Assembly (NCBI GenBank): GCA_037379345.1
Contig: CM074511.1
Span: forward strand, 23,419,171 to 23,483,170
Reading direction: 5' to 3'
DNA from: Perna viridis
Lineage: Eukaryota
Length of the DNA stretch: 64,000 nucleotides
Positions 63,447-64,000 of the stretch are shown here, piece by piece. The notes beneath the pieces were generated by a model. That model made no database searches. It worked only from the letters and a program-made list of their open reading frames with translations, and was not told the origin of the DNA. The position numbers and the translations under genes are program-made. Numbering within the stretch: position 1 is the first letter of the stretch; every line of letters starts with the position of its first letter.

Positions 63447-64000
63447 AGACACTTAGCTTCGTGTGGTAATTACATGTAATATAAGTATTGGTTGCTCAAG
63501 TTGTCAAATCCAAAAGGAGAGTATACATCACACATTTACAAAACATTGCACACATTTGCTACACTTGTTTTACACAGCGTTGAATCATATTATATGTTGT
63601 GTATGTACTTTTGTATGTCTTGTATGTTGTAACTTGTATATTGTGTGACCACGTCTCTTGGGTTTTGTCTTGTAATTGTTGACTTGGTCACTTTGTGTTT
63701 AATTTTGACTTAGATGTTTCGACTAAGTTTGTCTAGTCTCTTCCTAATTAGTGTGCTGTTTGTATATAAATATTTAAAATATTTTTTTCATAAAAAGATT
63801 AAATTTTGATATAAACCTTTACAACGTTAAACTCTACCCTCTCAGTTTGAACGTCGAGTGAGTGAGTTCCCAAGCTAACATAGTCCCAGCACTTAATATC
63901 ATTTTTCACGTCAGTGACTCATTGATCTACAGTTCTTTTCATCTAGAACTTTGCATTCAGTTGGTCGTTTTTCTACTGTCGTGTGATCTTTTTGAGTTTG

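Larger units (their letters stand above)
57600..63450 (-). mobile_element. Degraded near-full-length non-LTR retrotransposon (ORF1 plus APE-RT ORF2). Clade uncertain (RTE-X- or CR1-like); boundaries approximate
   Basis: APE motifs: VVWNVRG (ATG at 61528), ISEHKL, VVGDFN, LDYILV, SDH. RT motifs: YRPLSLL, QQGFQ, VAFLDSSRAFDTVWH, a degenerate LADN, KHLGI, LYDSELW. C-terminal CxxC...H. ORF1 has a coiled coil and ends in WPPGMICRHW. Many stops and frameshifts. Confidence 0.92.

Overview
AT-rich eukaryotic genomic DNA, most likely from a bivalve mollusc. This is inferred from the C1q-domain gene, the HEPN-STAND-ankyrin gene and the repeat content. There are no prokaryotic features, CRISPR arrays or recognisable rRNA/tRNA genes. 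Two intact spliced genes can be built by hand. (1) A secreted C1q-domain protein on the minus strand (18819-17803), with a probable 15-nt microexon and a furin-type RYRR site. (2) A 4-exon, 2297-aa NLR-like protein on the plus strand (45596-53994): DZIP3-like HEPN domain, nSTAND3-type P-loop NTPase, about 47 ankyrin repeats, an acidic linker, a polybasic tail and a CaaX box (CIIL). Its HEPN, Walker B and sensor-1 catalytic residues all look substituted, which suggests a membrane-anchored pseudo-enzyme sensor; this is the most interesting item in the window. The rest is repeat-rich: eight fragments of one Penelope-like (Naiad-type) retroelement with a conserved structured 3' end, a degraded ~6 kb APE-RT LINE whose endonuclease is split by a SINE-like insertion, another LINE 3' remnant, several MITEs and hairpins, tandem repeats, and two weakly supported pseudogene-like regions. 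All family assignments come from motif recognition by eye, not database searches.
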